DNA of 63,930 bases, the filler included, from Sandaracinaceae bacterium (GTDB lineage Bacteria; Myxococcota_A; Polyangia; Polyangiales; JADJQN01): assembly GCA_947483975.1 (NCBI GenBank). It is 4 parts of 4 records of this genome, joined end to end, with 100 filler letters (N's around TTAATTAATTAA, not from the genome) between each part and the next. Parts side by side here need not be neighbours in the genome. Positions count along the whole stretch, not along the records: positions 1 to 16,416 come from CANKOL010000080.1; 3 more parts are not named here. The stretch is one strand, 5' to 3'. The notes under the pieces were generated by a model, which saw only the letters and a program-made list of their open reading frames with translations, was not told the origin of the DNA and made no database searches. Position 1 is the first letter of the stretch. Each line of letters begins with the position of its first letter. Position numbers and translations under genes: made by a program. This document shows positions 1 to 9,873 of the stretch, one piece after another.

Positions 1-3000
1 ACGACGCTGCTGCGCGAGCTCAAGTGGCGCCTGCAGATTCGCGGGGTGCGCGTGCTCGAGGCGAGCGGCTCAGCGGGCGAGGGCCTCGCGCCGCTCGCGC
101 AGCTCGTGCGTCAGGCGGCGGTGCTCGCGACGGACGACGATCTCGCCAGGCACGTCGGCGAACGCGCGCTCGAGGCCTTCGCGCGTGGAGACGGGGCCGG
201 CGAGGGGGCGCTCGCGGATGCCCTCGCGCGCCTCGTCGCCGCGCTCGTGCGGCGTGGGCGCACCGCGCTCTTCATCGACGACCTCGACGACGCAGAGACG
301 ATCGTCGGCGCCGCGCTGCGTGGGGTCGTGCACGCGGACGGGGTCGAGGGCACGGTCATCGTGGCGAGCGCTACGGAGGTCGGCGCGCCGGCGGTGCGCG
401 CGCTCGGGCTGGCTGAGGTCGTGCCGCTCGCGGCGCTCTCGCCGGAGGACGTCGCGCTGCTCGCGGCCGATGGGCTTGGCCCCGTGGATCAGAGCGTCGT
501 CGCCGCGTTGGTGGCGCGCACGGGGGGCGTCGCTGGGCTCGTCGTCGAAGCGCTCGCTGCGCTCGCCGCCAAGGACGCGCCCACTGCCGACGATGTGCGC
601 GACTTGCCGGTCGGCGCCGCGGGGGCGAGCATCGCCCTCGCGCGTCTCGCCGCCGCGCCGGTCGACACCGTCCCGCTCCTGCGGGTGCTCGCGGTGGCCG
701 GCGGGGCCGTGCCGGAACGAGTGGCCAACTCGCTCACGCGGGTCCTCGCCGGTCGTGGGCGTGGTCGGGGCGACGTCGTCGCGACCGCCGAAGCGCTCGG
801 GCTCATCGTGCGCGCGGGGGACGCGCTCTCGCTCGCAGACGAAGCGCTTGCAGACGCGATCCGCAGCGACCTCGGTGACGAGCGCGTTCAAGCGATCGCG
901 GTGCGCCTGCTCGCGGCGCCGGTCGAGTCCGGCCCGGCCGTCATCGTGTTGCGCGGCAGGCTCGCCATCGCCGCCCGCGAAGCGGGGGCGATCCGCACCC
1001 ATGTTCCGGGGGCGGCGCGCGAGCTCGCCGCTCAAGGTGCGGCGCGGGTCGCCGCCGGGCTGCTCGCGTCGGCGCTCGACTACGTCACGGGTCCGGACGC
1101 GCTCGCCGCGCACCTCGAACTCTCGCGGCTGCGCTACGCGGCGGGCGAGTACGACGAGGCGACGCGCCACGCGCAGGCGGTGCTCGGCGACGCGTCGGCG
1201 ACGGAGGTCGAGCGCGCAGATGCCGTGATCGCCGCGGGACGCGCGCTCACGGCGACCGGACGCTACGAGGACGCCATCGCCGTGCTCGCCGAGCTGCCGC
1301 CGGGCGCGCCTGCGATGGCGCGCGCGCTCGGTCGCCGCGAGCTCGCCAAGGTTCACCTACGCCGCGGCGAGTATGACGAGGCGCTCGCCGCGGCCGAGGA
1401 CGGGCTCGCCGCTGCAGCGTCGGTCCCTGGGGGCATCGACGACCCCGTCCGAGTCGAGCTGCTCACCTCGGCGGGGATGGTCGCGAGCTACCGCGGCGAC
1501 CGCGCAGCGGCCCGCGCTCGCTACGAGGATGCCCTCGGCGTCGCGCGTCGTGCGGCCGTCCGTCGTGACGAGGCCAACGTGCTCACGTATCTCGCGATCG
1601 ACCATCAGCGTGCGGGGGAGCTCTCGCAGGCGCGGGATCTCTACGCGCAGAGCCTCGAGATCGCCCGGGAGCTCGGCGATGTCGGGAGTATGGCGACGTT
1701 CGCGCTGAACCTCGGCACCGTCTCGTACACGCTCGGCGAGGTGGCCCGCGCGGCCGAGCACTACGAGGCGGCCGCTCGGCTCGCGCGGCGTGCGGGGCGG
1801 GCTCCGACGGACCTAGGGGCGCGCGTGAACCTCGCGAACGTGCACGTCTATCTGGGTCTCTACGAGCGCGCGCGGGCCGAGGCCGAGCAAGTGCTCAAGG
1901 AGTCGCAGGCGGCAGGCCTGCGGGCGATCGCAGCGCAGGCGACGACGGTGCTCGCAGAGCGCGCCGCGCGTGAGGGCGACATCGACATCGCGCTCGCCGG
2001 CTACGATGACGGCGTCGCGCGCTATCGGGCCCTCGGTCAGAAGCGCGAGGTCACGGAGACGCTGCTCGACAGCGCGGAGGTGCTGCTCGATCGCGACGGT
2101 CCAGTCGACGCGTCGGCCGCAGCCGCGCGCCTCGCGCAGGCCCGCACCCTCGCAGAGGAAGAGGGCACGGGGGACTTTCGCCTGCGACTACGGGTGCTGC
2201 TCGCGCGCGCGCGCGGCGCGACGGGCGACGCCGATGGCGCTGCGCGGGATCTCGAAGAGGTGCTGCGCGACGTCCGCGCGGTGAGCGACCGCGAACTCGA
2301 GTGGCAGGTCCTCGCCGCGGCGGGCCGCTTTCACGCGCTTCGCGGCGCGGATTTCCTCTCGCGGCGCCACGATCAGATGGCCGTCGAGGTGCTCGAGGCC
2401 ATCGCCGGCACGCTCGCGCGGGACCATCGCGAGCCCTTCTGGAATGACCCGCGTCGCCGAGACGTGCGCCGCCGCGCGACGACCGGCGAGCTGCAGTCGG
2501 AGCCCGGGACGCTCCCGTCCGTGCAGGCGTCCGGCGGACTTCGCGACGACCGCGCGTCCCGCTTGCTCGAGATCACGAAGCGCCTCGCCACGGAGCACGA
2601 TCTCTCGCGGCTCCTCGAGCGCATCACCGACGCTGCGGTCGATCTCTCAGGGGCAGAGCGCGGCTTCGTGCTGCTCGTCGACGAGTCGGGCGCGCTCGCT
2701 CCGCGGACGGCGCGCGACACGACGCAGCCGGGTGACCCGCACATCGCCTTCAGTCAGTCGATCGCCGAGGCCGTGCTCATCGACGGCGAGCCCATCGTCA
2801 CCGTCGACGCGCGCGATGACCGGCGCCTCGCCGAGTACATGTCCGTGCACAAGCTGATGCTGCGCTCGGTCGCGTGCCTGCCGATCCGCGGCCGCACTCG
2901 CACGGTCGGCGTGCTCTATCTCGAGCATCGCCTCCGTCGCGGTCGTTTCGAGGAGGCGGACCTCGACCTGCTCTTGGCCTTCGCTGACCAGGCGGCCATC

Positions 3001-4185
3001 GCGCTCGAGAACGCCAGGCTCCTCGACGAGAACGAGCGCCGCCGCGGGGAGCTCGAGGAGGCGAATCGCGCGCTCGCCGCCGCGAACGGCGAGATCGAGC
3101 GGCTGCTGGTCGCGCGGACGGCCGAGCTCGACGACGCTCGCCGCGATCTCGATCGCGCGCGCGCAGAGCTCGTGAGCAGCTACGGCCGCGACGGCATCGT
3201 CGGGCGCAGCGAGCCGATGCGCCGGGTCTTCGCGCTGATCGACCGCGTGCGCGATACGAGCATTCCGGTCGTCATCCACGGCGAGAGCGGCACGGGCAAG
3301 GAGCTCGTCGCCCGCGCGATTCATTACGGCGGCGCGCGCGCGAAGCGGCCGTTCGTGGCGATCAACTGCGCAGCGATCCCCGAGGCTTTGCTCGAGAGCG
3401 AGCTCTTCGGTCACGCGCGTGGCGCGTTCACGGGCGCGGACCGGGAGCGCCGTGGGCTGTTCGTGCAGGCGTCGGGCGGTACGCTCTTCCTCGACGAGAT
3501 CGGGGATATGCCCTCGAAGATGCAGGTCGACCTGCTGCGCGTGCTGCAAGAAGGCTGCGTGCGCCCCATCGGCAGCGAGAAGGAGGAGCGAGTCGATGTG
3601 CGGGTGATCGCCGCGTCGAACAAGTCCCTCGCGAAGCTCGTGCAGAAGGGACGCTTCCGTGAGGATCTCTTCTACCGCCTCAGCGTCGTCGACGTGCAGC
3701 TGCCGCCGCTCCGCGAGCGGCCCGACGACATCCCGCTGCTGATCGAGCACTTCCTCGCGCGCTTCGCCGAGCGCTTCGCGCAGCCAGCGAAGCGGCTGTC
3801 GCGCGGCGCCGTCGGTCGCCTCGTGGCCCATCCGCTGCCTGGGAATGTGCGGCAGCTCGAGCATCTGCTCCTGCACGCCTGGGTGCTCGTCGAGGGGGCG
3901 CTGCTGACCGAAGTGGACCTCGGGCTCGACCCACCGAGCGCGGCGGCAAGCGTGGGGCGTGCGACTCCGAGCGCGAGCACCGAAGTCCCGCTCTCCCCGT
4001 CGTCAGCTCCCGATTCGGCAGCGCTGCCAGAGAACGTGGACGCGCACAAGAGCGCGGAGAAGCGACGGATCCTCGAGGCGCTCGAGGCCTCCGGCTGGAA
4101 CCGCGTGCGCGCCGCCGTGAAGCTCGGGATCCCGCGCCGCACGTTCTATCGACGCCTGCGGGAGCACGGGATCCTCGAGAGCTGA
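1..4185 (+). CDS. Multidomain sigma-54 enhancer-binding protein (ATPase remnant-TPR-GAF-AAA+-Fis HTH), 5'-partial
   Basis: Frame is open from base 1 (TTLLRELK, the usual continuation of a Walker A GK). TPR-like helices, GAF (AERGFVLL...RSVACLPI), [31 protein letters not shown]-terminal HTH ([16 protein letters not shown]). Confidence 0.92.
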   Translation, partial: TTLLRELKWRLQIRGVRVLEASGSAGEGLAPLAQLVRQAAVLATDDDLARHVGERALEAFARGDGAGEGALADALARLVAALVRRGRTALFIDDLDDAETIVGAALRGVVHADGVEGTVIVASATEVGAPAVRALGLAEVVPLAALSPEDVALLAADGLGPVDQSVVAALVARTGGVAGLVVEALAALAAKDAPTADDVRDLPVGAAGASIALARLAAAPVDTVPLLRVLAVAGGAVPERVANSLTRVLAGRGRGRGDVVATAEALGLIVRAGDALSLADEALADAIRSDLGDERVQAIAVRLLAAPVESGPAVIVLRGRLAIAAREAGAIRTHVPGAARELAAQGAARVAAGLLASALDYVTGPDALAAHLELSRLRYAAGEYDEATRHAQAVLGDASATEVERADAVIAAGRALTATGRYEDAIAVLAELPPGAPAMARALGRRELAKVHLRRGEYDEALAAAEDGLAAAASVPGGIDDPVRVELLTSAGMVASYRGDRAAARARYEDALGVARRAAVRRDEANVLTYLAIDHQRAGELSQARDLYAQSLEIARELGDVGSMATFALNLGTVSYTLGEVARAAEHYEAAARLARRAGRAPTDLGARVNLANVHVYLGLYERARAEAEQVLKESQAAGLRAIAAQATTVLAERAAREGDIDIALAGYDDGVARYRALGQKREVTETLLDSAEVLLDRDGPVDASAAAARLAQARTLAEEEGTGDFRLRLRVLLARARGATGDADGAARDLEEVLRDVRAVSDRELEWQVLAAAGRFHALRGADFLSRRHDQMAVEVLEAIAGTLARDHREPFWNDPRRRDVRRRATTGELQSEPGTLPSVQASGGLRDDRASRLLEITKRLATEHDLSRLLERITDAAVDLSGAERGFVLLVDESGALAPRTARDTTQPGDPHIAFSQSIAEAVLIDGEPIVTVDARDDRRLAEYMSVHKLMLRSVACLPIRGRTRTVGVLYLEHRLRRGRFEEADLDLLLAFADQAAIALENARLLDENERRRGELEEANRALAAANGEIERLLVARTAELDDARRDLDRARAELVSSYGRDGIVGRSEPMRRVFALIDRVRDTSIPVVIHGESGTGKELVARAIHYGGARAKRPFVAINCAAIPEALLESELFGHARGAFTGADRERRGLFVQASGGTLFLDEIGDMPSKMQVDLLRVLQEGCVRPIGSEKEERVDVRVIAASNKSLAKLVQKGRFREDLFYRLSVVDVQLPPLRERPDDIPLLIEHFLARFAERFAQPAKRLSRGAVGRLVAHPLPGNVRQLEHLLLHAWVLVEGALLTEVDLGLDPPSAAASVGRATPSASTEVPLSPSSAPDSAALPENVDAHKSAEKRRILEALEASGWNRVRAAVKLGIPRRTFYRRLREHGILES

Positions 4186-4294
4186 CTCCGCCCGGCCGCT
4201 GCGGCGTGCCACCTTGTGCCGACCGGCCGCACGGAGTGTCGCGGTCCCGACCGCAGACGCTGGTCCTACGCACGGTTTACGGTGCATACTGCGC

Positions 4295-4310
4295 TGGCAC
4301 CGCTCGTGCT
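4295..4310 (+). promoter_or_regulatory. Candidate sigma-54 -24/-12 promoter
   Basis: TGGCACCGCTCGTGCT has GG-N10-GC spacing, sits just downstream of an EBP gene and upstream of ATG 4326. Confidence 0.55.
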
Positions 4311-4325
4311 TTGCAGGGGAGTGGC

Positions 4326-4694
4326 ATGGTCCGTCGAGTCCGCATCGCAGTGCAGACGCCGCTCATCTCGTTGAGCGGTGCCGTGCTGTGCTGCGCGAGC
4401 GCCGGCTGCCTCGGAGGCGCGCAACCCGTTCCTCCAGCGCTCGATCCGATCGGCACGCATGCGGACGCGGGCGATCGCTTGGACGCTTCGGGCGGCTTTG
4501 CTGCCGACGCAGGGCCGACGACGCCCTCGCCGGATGACCGCCTCAGTGACTTCGCTGGGGCGGGGGCCGCCGCCGAGACGGGCGGGCTTGGCTGGCGCTG
4601 GCCGCTCTTGGCGCCGCCGCCGTGGGCGCCCGATGCGGGCGCTCCTTCCGCAGCCGACGCGGCTCCAGCGGTCGACTCGGGCGATGGGCACTGA
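4326..4694 (+). CDS. Putative lipoprotein, hypothetical
   Basis: ATG 4326 after GGGGAG; hydrophobic N-terminus with lipobox-like SAGC; ADAG-rich low-complexity body. Confidence 0.5.
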   Translation: MVRRVRIAVQTPLISLSGAVLCCASAGCLGGAQPVPPALDPIGTHADAGDRLDASGGFAADAGPTTPSPDDRLSDFAGAGAAAETGGLGWRWPLLAPPPWAPDAGAPSAADAAPAVDSGDGH

Positions 4695-4917
4695 GCGTCG
4701 CGTGGAGTTCGGGCGCCTCCTCGTCGCGGGCCTCGCGCTGCTCGCGCTCGGCGGGTGCCCGGCGGACTCCGCGAATCCGCCGCGACCGGAGGGGCACCCT
4801 TGCGCGACCGTCGCTGACTGCAACGCGGGGCAGGTGTGCGGGCGCCTCATCGCGTGCGTCGACCTCCGATGCGAGGCCGGGCAGAGCCTCGAGGTCCCCT
4901 GTCCTCGAGCGCGCTGA
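4684..4917 (+). CDS. Small Cys-rich lipoprotein (77 aa)
   Basis: MGTERR...LALLALGGC lipobox followed by 6 further Cys (CATVADC...C...C...C...CP); overlaps the upstream stop. Confidence 0.6.
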   Translation: MGTERRVEFGRLLVAGLALLALGGCPADSANPPRPEGHPCATVADCNAGQVCGRLIACVDLRCEAGQSLEVPCPRAR

Positions 4918-4920
4918 CGG

Positions 4921-6000
4921 CTACTCGTCGCTGAGTTGACCGGGCGAGTCGTCGACCGGGGCAGCGCCGTCGTCGGCCGACTCGGGCTCGCCCCCGGCTT
5001 CGTTGTCGTCGGTCGCGGCACGCGCCCCGGCGCCACCTTCGGCTGGCTCGGCCGCGTCGCCGCCCTCGCTCCCGCGGCGCACATATTCCGGCGCGTCGCC
5101 CGGGCGCGAGAGGTCCACCCAATACGCGCTGTCGCGCCGCACGTCGAAGTGCACGAACAGGCTGTTGGGATAGAAGCCGACGCCGACGTGATCGAACGTC
5201 TTGCAGAAGTCGCGCAGGTCGGTGTTGGCCACGCCCCGGATGCGGAGGTCCATGGCCTCGCCAGCGGTGTGGCGGCTCTCGCGACGCGTGTAGCCGCCCG
5301 GCGGACGCACGCCGCTGACGATCTCGATCGGCCTGCCGCCGAAGTGGTCGCTCACGCGCGCGAGCAAGCGCACGAGCCGCGGGTGAGGCTCCTTTCTGGG
5401 GCCGTCGTGCCGCGGAGCCATCAGGATCGCGAGGTCGCGGAGCGCCTGCCGCCGCACGACGCCGCGCCGGTCGACGAGTCGCACGCGCTCGGTGCGGTGC
5501 GTGGCCAGGCGCGTGAGCGAGACGACGCCAGCGTTGCGCGCCACGCCCCAGCGACTCGGCGGTGCGCGGTCGGCGGCCGTGCCGGGGAGCACGAGCTGCT
5601 GGCCCGCGCGCAGCGTCGCGCCCGCGTGCAGTCGATTCGAACGACACAGGTCCTCGGCCGAGACGCCGTGGCGGTGCGCGAGGTTCTCGATCGTGTCGCC
5701 CGCGCGCACGGCGATGGTGCCTTGGCTCGGGACCGTCAGGATCTGCCCGAGCTGCAGGGAAGCGCTCGGGGCGAGGTGGTTTGCCGCCGCGAGGGCATCG
5801 ACCGAGATCTGGTAGCGATGGGCGATTCGCCCGAGCGTCTGGCCGGCGCGCACTCGATGCTCGCGCGGCAGGGCCGACGCTGCGGGGGTCGGCCGACGCT
5901 GAGCCTCCGCGGTCGGGACCAGCCCGCGAGGGGTCGGTCCGAGCGCAGCGAGGGCGCTGAGCAGCGTGGCGAGGGCGAAAGCGGTCACGGGGGCGCGCAC
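4921..6000 (-). CDS. LysM-domain protein with DUF882/YcbK (peptidase M15-like) domain
   Basis: Signal peptide; two LysM repeats (HRVRAGQTLGRIA..., VRAGDTIENLA...); SGVRP...SRHTAGEAMD and GVGFYP..FVHFDVR Zn motifs. Confidence 0.85.
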   Translation of the reverse strand: MRAPVTAFALATLLSALAALGPTPRGLVPTAEAQRRPTPAASALPREHRVRAGQTLGRIAHRYQISVDALAAANHLAPSASLQLGQILTVPSQGTIAVRAGDTIENLAHRHGVSAEDLCRSNRLHAGATLRAGQQLVLPGTAADRAPPSRWGVARNAGVVSLTRLATHRTERVRLVDRRGVVRRQALRDLAILMAPRHDGPRKEPHPRLVRLLARVSDHFGGRPIEIVSGVRPPGGYTRRESRHTAGEAMDLRIRGVANTDLRDFCKTFDHVGVGFYPNSLFVHFDVRRDSAYWVDLSRPGDAPEYVRRGSEGGDAAEPAEGGAGARAATDDNEAGGEPESADDGAAPVDDSPGQLSDE

Positions 6001-6255
6001 GGGGGCATCATTATGCGCGAGCGCCGCCGGCGTGCGACGGGCGGCTCGTCACTTTTTTTGATCTCCGCGGACCGGGGTGCGACAGTCGCAATCGCTGCTG
6101 TTTCACTGGGCAGCCGATGACGACTCGCTGTTTGACAACCGAAAGAGAGCACGACTCCCAGGTCCGGTCCCCGCTCGCGGGTGGCTGCACCCTCGGCGCC
6201 CCGACGGATCGCGTCCACTGGTTCCCATGTGGGCGATAGATCGATCCAATTGCAC

Positions 6256-6315
6256 TTAATTTAGACGTAATTAACCCCATATTCCTTGACGACTTCAAGG
6301 CGTCGCACATATGGT
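6256..6315 (+). promoter_or_regulatory. AT-rich palindrome (6256-6274) plus candidate sigma-70 promoter of the XRE-pilM operon
   Basis: TTAATT-N7-AATTAA in very GC-rich DNA; TTGACG (6286-6291)-N18-TATGGT (6310-6315). Confidence 0.5.
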
Positions 6316-6366
6316 GGGGCACGCGTGAGGAGGGCTTCGTCGCCCTGCTCGCCCGCCCCCCACCAG

Positions 6367-6849
6367 ATGGAACCGAACGAAAAGGTCACCGGTACGGTAC
6401 GTCCGACGAGCGAGTCGGCGCCCCCGGCGGCATTCTCGCCCGAAGTTCCGGCCGTTCGTCCCGCGGCGAATGGCGACGAGGCTGCGGCCCCGGCGAAGGT
6501 GGCCAGCGAAGCTGTTGGCCCGGCGAGGTCGGCCAGCGAAGCTGCTGGCCCGGCGAGGTCGGCCAGCGAAGCTGCTGGCCCGGCGAGGTCGGCCAGCGAA
6601 GCTGCTGGCCAGGCGAAGCAGTCCAGCGAAGCCGCTGGTCCTGCCAAGCAGAAGAACAACGTCCGCAAGATCCGCATCGAGCGGATGATGTCCAAAGCGG
6701 AACTGGCGCGTCGTGCGAATCTCTCGGTGTTAACCATCGATCGCATCGAGAAGGGCTTCGGGTGCCGCATGGACACCAAGCGGAAGATCCTCGAGGCCCT
6801 GGGTCTGAGCCTCGACGACCGCGTACGCGTGTTCGGCGAGGAGGAGTGA
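6367..6849 (+). CDS. XRE-family HTH regulator with repetitive N-terminal extension
   Basis: C-terminal NNVRKIRIERMMSKAELARRANLSVLTIDRIEKG...TKRKILEALG is a Cro/C1 HTH; stop lies 9 bp before pilM. Start chosen at ATG 6367. Confidence 0.8.
   Translation: MEPNEKVTGTVRPTSESAPPAAFSPEVPAVRPAANGDEAAAPAKVASEAVGPARSASEAAGPARSASEAAGPARSASEAAGQAKQSSEAAGPAKQKNNVRKIRIERMMSKAELARRANLSVLTIDRIEKGFGCRMDTKRKILEALGLSLDDRVRVFGEEE
6481..6650 (+). repeat. Coding 30-bp tandem repeat (~5.5 units, AAGPARSASE)
   Basis: Unit gctgctggcccggcgaggtcggccagcgaa repeated head-to-tail with no spacers. Confidence 0.9.
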
Positions 6850-6858
6850 TGCTCGCCG

Positions 6859-7914
6859 ATGGCCTCAGAAGGGAAGAACCTCGTCGGGGTCGACATTGGG
6901 TCGAGCTCGATCAAGGTCTGCGAAATAGAGGAAGGGCGTAAAGGCCAGCGCACACTCGTGCGCTTCGGCTTTCACGCGCTCCCACCGCAGACGGTGGTCG
7001 ATGGCCACGTGATGAACGCTGGCGCGATCGTCGACGGACTGGAGCGTCTGTTTCACAAACAGAAACGCCGGGACGTCGCACTGCGCGCGAGCGGGCACTC
7101 CGTGATCATCAAGAAGATCACCATGCCGGTGATGACACCGGCGGAGCTCGCCGAGCAGATCGGCTGGGAGGCGGAGCAGCACATCCCCTTCGACCTGGCC
7201 GACGTGCAGATCGACTACCAGGTGCTCTCGCAGCGTGCTGCGCAGGGGCAGATGGACGTCCTGCTCGTGGCGGCGAAGAAGGAGGAGCTCACCGACCTCA
7301 CGAACCTCGCCGTTCAAGCGAAGCTCAAACCGCGCATCGTCGACCTCGACGCGTTCACCGTGCAGAACTGCTACGAGGCGGCGTACGGGTTGCCGACGCA
7401 GGGGCAGACGGTCGTGCTGCTGCACGTCGGCGCTTCGCTGACGACGCTCAACATCCTCTCGAACGGCGCGACCGCCTTCACGCGAGACATCGCGAACGGC
7501 GGCAACGCGATCACCGAGGAGATCCAGCGGCGCCTGAACATCTCGCAGGAGGAGGCAGAGGCCTTCAAGTGCGGCGGTGCGCTGGGGCTCGTGCCGAAGG
7601 AAGTGCCGGAGATCGTCGGGCAAGCGGTCGAGGGGCTCGCTGGCGAGATTCAGCGCTCGCTCGACTTCTACCTCGCCACCAGCGGGGACCGCGACGTCGA
7701 CCGCATCGTCATCTCGGGCGGCACGGGGAACGTCGCCGCGCTGCGCCAGTCGGTGTCGCGTAGGACGCGCGTAGAGGTCGAGCTGCTCGAGGCGACCCGC
7801 GTCGCCACGCCCGACCCGAAGCGCGTCGATCCGATGGTGCTCCAGGGCCGCGAGCTTCAGGCGGTGGTCGCGTGCGGCCTGGCGCTCCGCAAGGAAAGGG
7901 AGCAGGCGTCGTGA
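6859..7914 (+). CDS. pilM: Type IV pilus assembly protein PilM
   Basis: Actin-like fold: VGVDIGSSSIK, WEAEQHIPF, VLLVAAKKE, EIQRSLDFY, ISGG, GLALR. Confidence 0.95.
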   Translation: MASEGKNLVGVDIGSSSIKVCEIEEGRKGQRTLVRFGFHALPPQTVVDGHVMNAGAIVDGLERLFHKQKRRDVALRASGHSVIIKKITMPVMTPAELAEQIGWEAEQHIPFDLADVQIDYQVLSQRAAQGQMDVLLVAAKKEELTDLTNLAVQAKLKPRIVDLDAFTVQNCYEAAYGLPTQGQTVVLLHVGASLTTLNILSNGATAFTRDIANGGNAITEEIQRRLNISQEEAEAFKCGGALGLVPKEVPEIVGQAVEGLAGEIQRSLDFYLATSGDRDVDRIVISGGTGNVAALRQSVSRRTRVEVELLEATRVATPDPKRVDPMVLQGRELQAVVACGLALRKEREQAS

Positions 7915-8588
7915 TACGCATCAATCTCCTCCCCGGGGCCAAGCGCGGCGCCAAGGCAGGCTCGTCCGCTGCCTCGTCGTCGTCCTCGTCGGGGGGCGGG
8001 CAGGGCTGGATTGTCGCGTACGTCTTCATCACGCTCGCGACCTGCGGTGTGCTCGCCGCCGTCTACATCAGCTTCCAGGGACGGCTCGAGGAGAAGAACC
8101 GAGTCAACACCGACCTGCGGCGGCAGATCACCGACGCCCAGGCGAACAGCGCGCTGCTCGAGGAGCTGCAAGGCAAGCTGACCGCCAGCCACGACCTCGA
8201 GCGCATCGTCGGCGAGCTTCGCCGCGCGCAGCTGGGTCCCACGCGCGTCCTCATGGAGATCGCGAAGATCCTCAGCGAGGGTGCGCACGGCGGGCCGACG
8301 ATCGATCCGCAGCGTCTCGACGAGCTTCGCCGGGACAATCCGCTCGCTGGCTACAACGCCGGCTGGGACTCCCGCAGGCTCTGGGTGGGCTCCTTCACGG
8401 AAGAGAACCGCGAGTGCAAGATCACCGGCATGGGTAGGACCAACGAGGACGTCGCTGAATTCCTCGCCCGCCTGGCCCTGTCGGACCTCTTCCAAGAGGT
8501 CACGCTCGAGCGCACGCAGGCAGCGATCGACACGGACACTGCGCTGCCGCTCATCGCCTTCGAGCTGAGCTGCAAGGTGATCTACTGA
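7911..8588 (+). CDS. pilN: Type IV pilus assembly protein PilN
   Basis: GTG overlaps the pilM stop; N-terminal IRINLLP PilM-binding motif, TM helix, coiled coil. Confidence 0.92.
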   Translation: MIRINLLPGAKRGAKAGSSAASSSSSSGGGQGWIVAYVFITLATCGVLAAVYISFQGRLEEKNRVNTDLRRQITDAQANSALLEELQGKLTASHDLERIVGELRRAQLGPTRVLMEIAKILSEGAHGGPTIDPQRLDELRRDNPLAGYNAGWDSRRLWVGSFTEENRECKITGMGRTNEDVAEFLARLALSDLFQEVTLERTQAAIDTDTALPLIAFELSCKVIY

Positions 8589-9232
8589 TGGCCGCCCCCA
8601 CGAAAGAAACCCCCTCGTTCGCCACGCTCGGCGCGCCGGTGAAGGCGTTGCTCGGCTTGATGATCGGCGCGGTGCTCGTCGTCGTCTACTACCTGGCCCT
8701 CCACACGCCGCTCGTCGACGAGATCGACCAGGCGGACGGTACGCATCGGCAGCTTCAGGGGCAGCTCTCCCAGGCGGCAGAGCGGCAGCGGGAGTACCTG
8801 CGCGTGCGGGCGGAGCTCGATGGGCGCGCGGCGATCGACCGCCAGAACAAGCGAGTACTGCCTGAGCACGCCGAGATCCCCGCGTTCTTGCAGGATCTCA
8901 ACCGCCTCGCGGAGCTGAGCGGGCTGCGCCTGGAGCTCGTCGAGCCGAGGCCCGACGAGGTGGACACGCAGTACGTGAAGATCCCCGTCTCGCTCGCGTT
9001 CTCGGGGCACTACCACCAGGTGGCCAAGTTCTTCTTCAACGTGAGCCAGCTCGACCGCGCGATCAGCATGGAGAACGTGCAGCTCTCGAACCCGGTCGTC
9101 GACGGTGACGAACTCACCGTGAAGATCGCGGTGCTCGCGACGACGTACCGCAGCGCGACGACGGACGAGTCGGCCGCAGCGGCCACTGCGGCGACGCCGG
9201 CCGCGGCCGCGGCGCCCACGGGGAGGCACTGA
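8588..9232 (+). CDS. pilO: Type IV pilus assembly protein PilO
   Basis: TM, coiled coil, LPEHAEIPAFL, YVKIPVSL..SGHYHQVAKFF, ATTYR; TGATG coupling. Confidence 0.92.
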   Translation: MAAPTKETPSFATLGAPVKALLGLMIGAVLVVVYYLALHTPLVDEIDQADGTHRQLQGQLSQAAERQREYLRVRAELDGRAAIDRQNKRVLPEHAEIPAFLQDLNRLAELSGLRLELVEPRPDEVDTQYVKIPVSLAFSGHYHQVAKFFFNVSQLDRAISMENVQLSNPVVDGDELTVKIAVLATTYRSATTDESAAAATAATPAAAAAPTGRH

Positions 9233-9837
9233 TGCGCTGGTCTGTCACCTGGGCCGCGCCCGCGCTCGGCATCGCGCTCGGACTCGCCTCGGCCTGCGAG
9301 CCCGACTATCAAGCAGGACCGCCTCCTCCCCGACCGCCCGGCGGCGCGGGTGGCGGCACGACGCCCATCGCTGCACCCCCCGACGTCGACGGCGGGGTGG
9401 ACGCTGGCGCACCGCCCCTCCGCTATCGCGACGAGGACTTCGTCGAGTCCAACGTCAACCGGGATCCGTTCCGCAGCTTCGCGAAGCTGTTCCGCGTTCG
9501 GCCGCCCGAGGCTCCGCAGCGGACGGTGATCATGCCGACCGTCGGCGTCGACGAGATGAACCTGATCGCGATCATCAGCGGCGTCGCCAACCCGCGCGCG
9601 ATGTTCAACGACCGCGCCGGCGTCGGCTACGTCCTCGAGCGCGGTGACTACGTCGGGCGCGGCGAGACCGTGCAGACGGGCGGCGAGGGCGGGATGTCGG
9701 TGCTGCTCAACTGGCGGGTCGATCGGATCCGCGAAGGGGAGGTCGTGCTCACGCGCGACGATCCGACCGCGCCGAATCGCCCGCCGCTGACGCGCGTGAT
9801 CACCCTGCACGACGAGAACGAGACCCCGCAGCACTGA
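9232..9837 (+). CDS. pilP: Type IV pilus assembly lipoprotein PilP
   Basis: Lipobox ASAC, RDPF motif, LIAIISG..PRAM..D..G.GY....GDYVG; follows pilO. Confidence 0.85.
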   Translation: MRWSVTWAAPALGIALGLASACEPDYQAGPPPPRPPGGAGGGTTPIAAPPDVDGGVDAGAPPLRYRDEDFVESNVNRDPFRSFAKLFRVRPPEAPQRTVIMPTVGVDEMNLIAIISGVANPRAMFNDRAGVGYVLERGDYVGRGETVQTGGEGGMSVLLNWRVDRIREGEVVLTRDDPTAPNRPPLTRVITLHDENETPQH

Positions 9838-9856
9838 CGGCCGGGTTCACCGGCCG
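9838..9856. terminator. GC hairpin between convergent pilP and channel genes
   Basis: CGGCCGG-GTTCA-CCGGCCG perfect 7-bp stem; no U-tract. Confidence 0.35.
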
Positions 9857-9873
9857 CCCGCTCGGTGGGTCGC

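Noticed and set aside
6481..6650. 30-bp repeats as a CRISPR array
   Set aside because: Head-to-tail with no spacers, in-frame in a CDS, and no cas genes.
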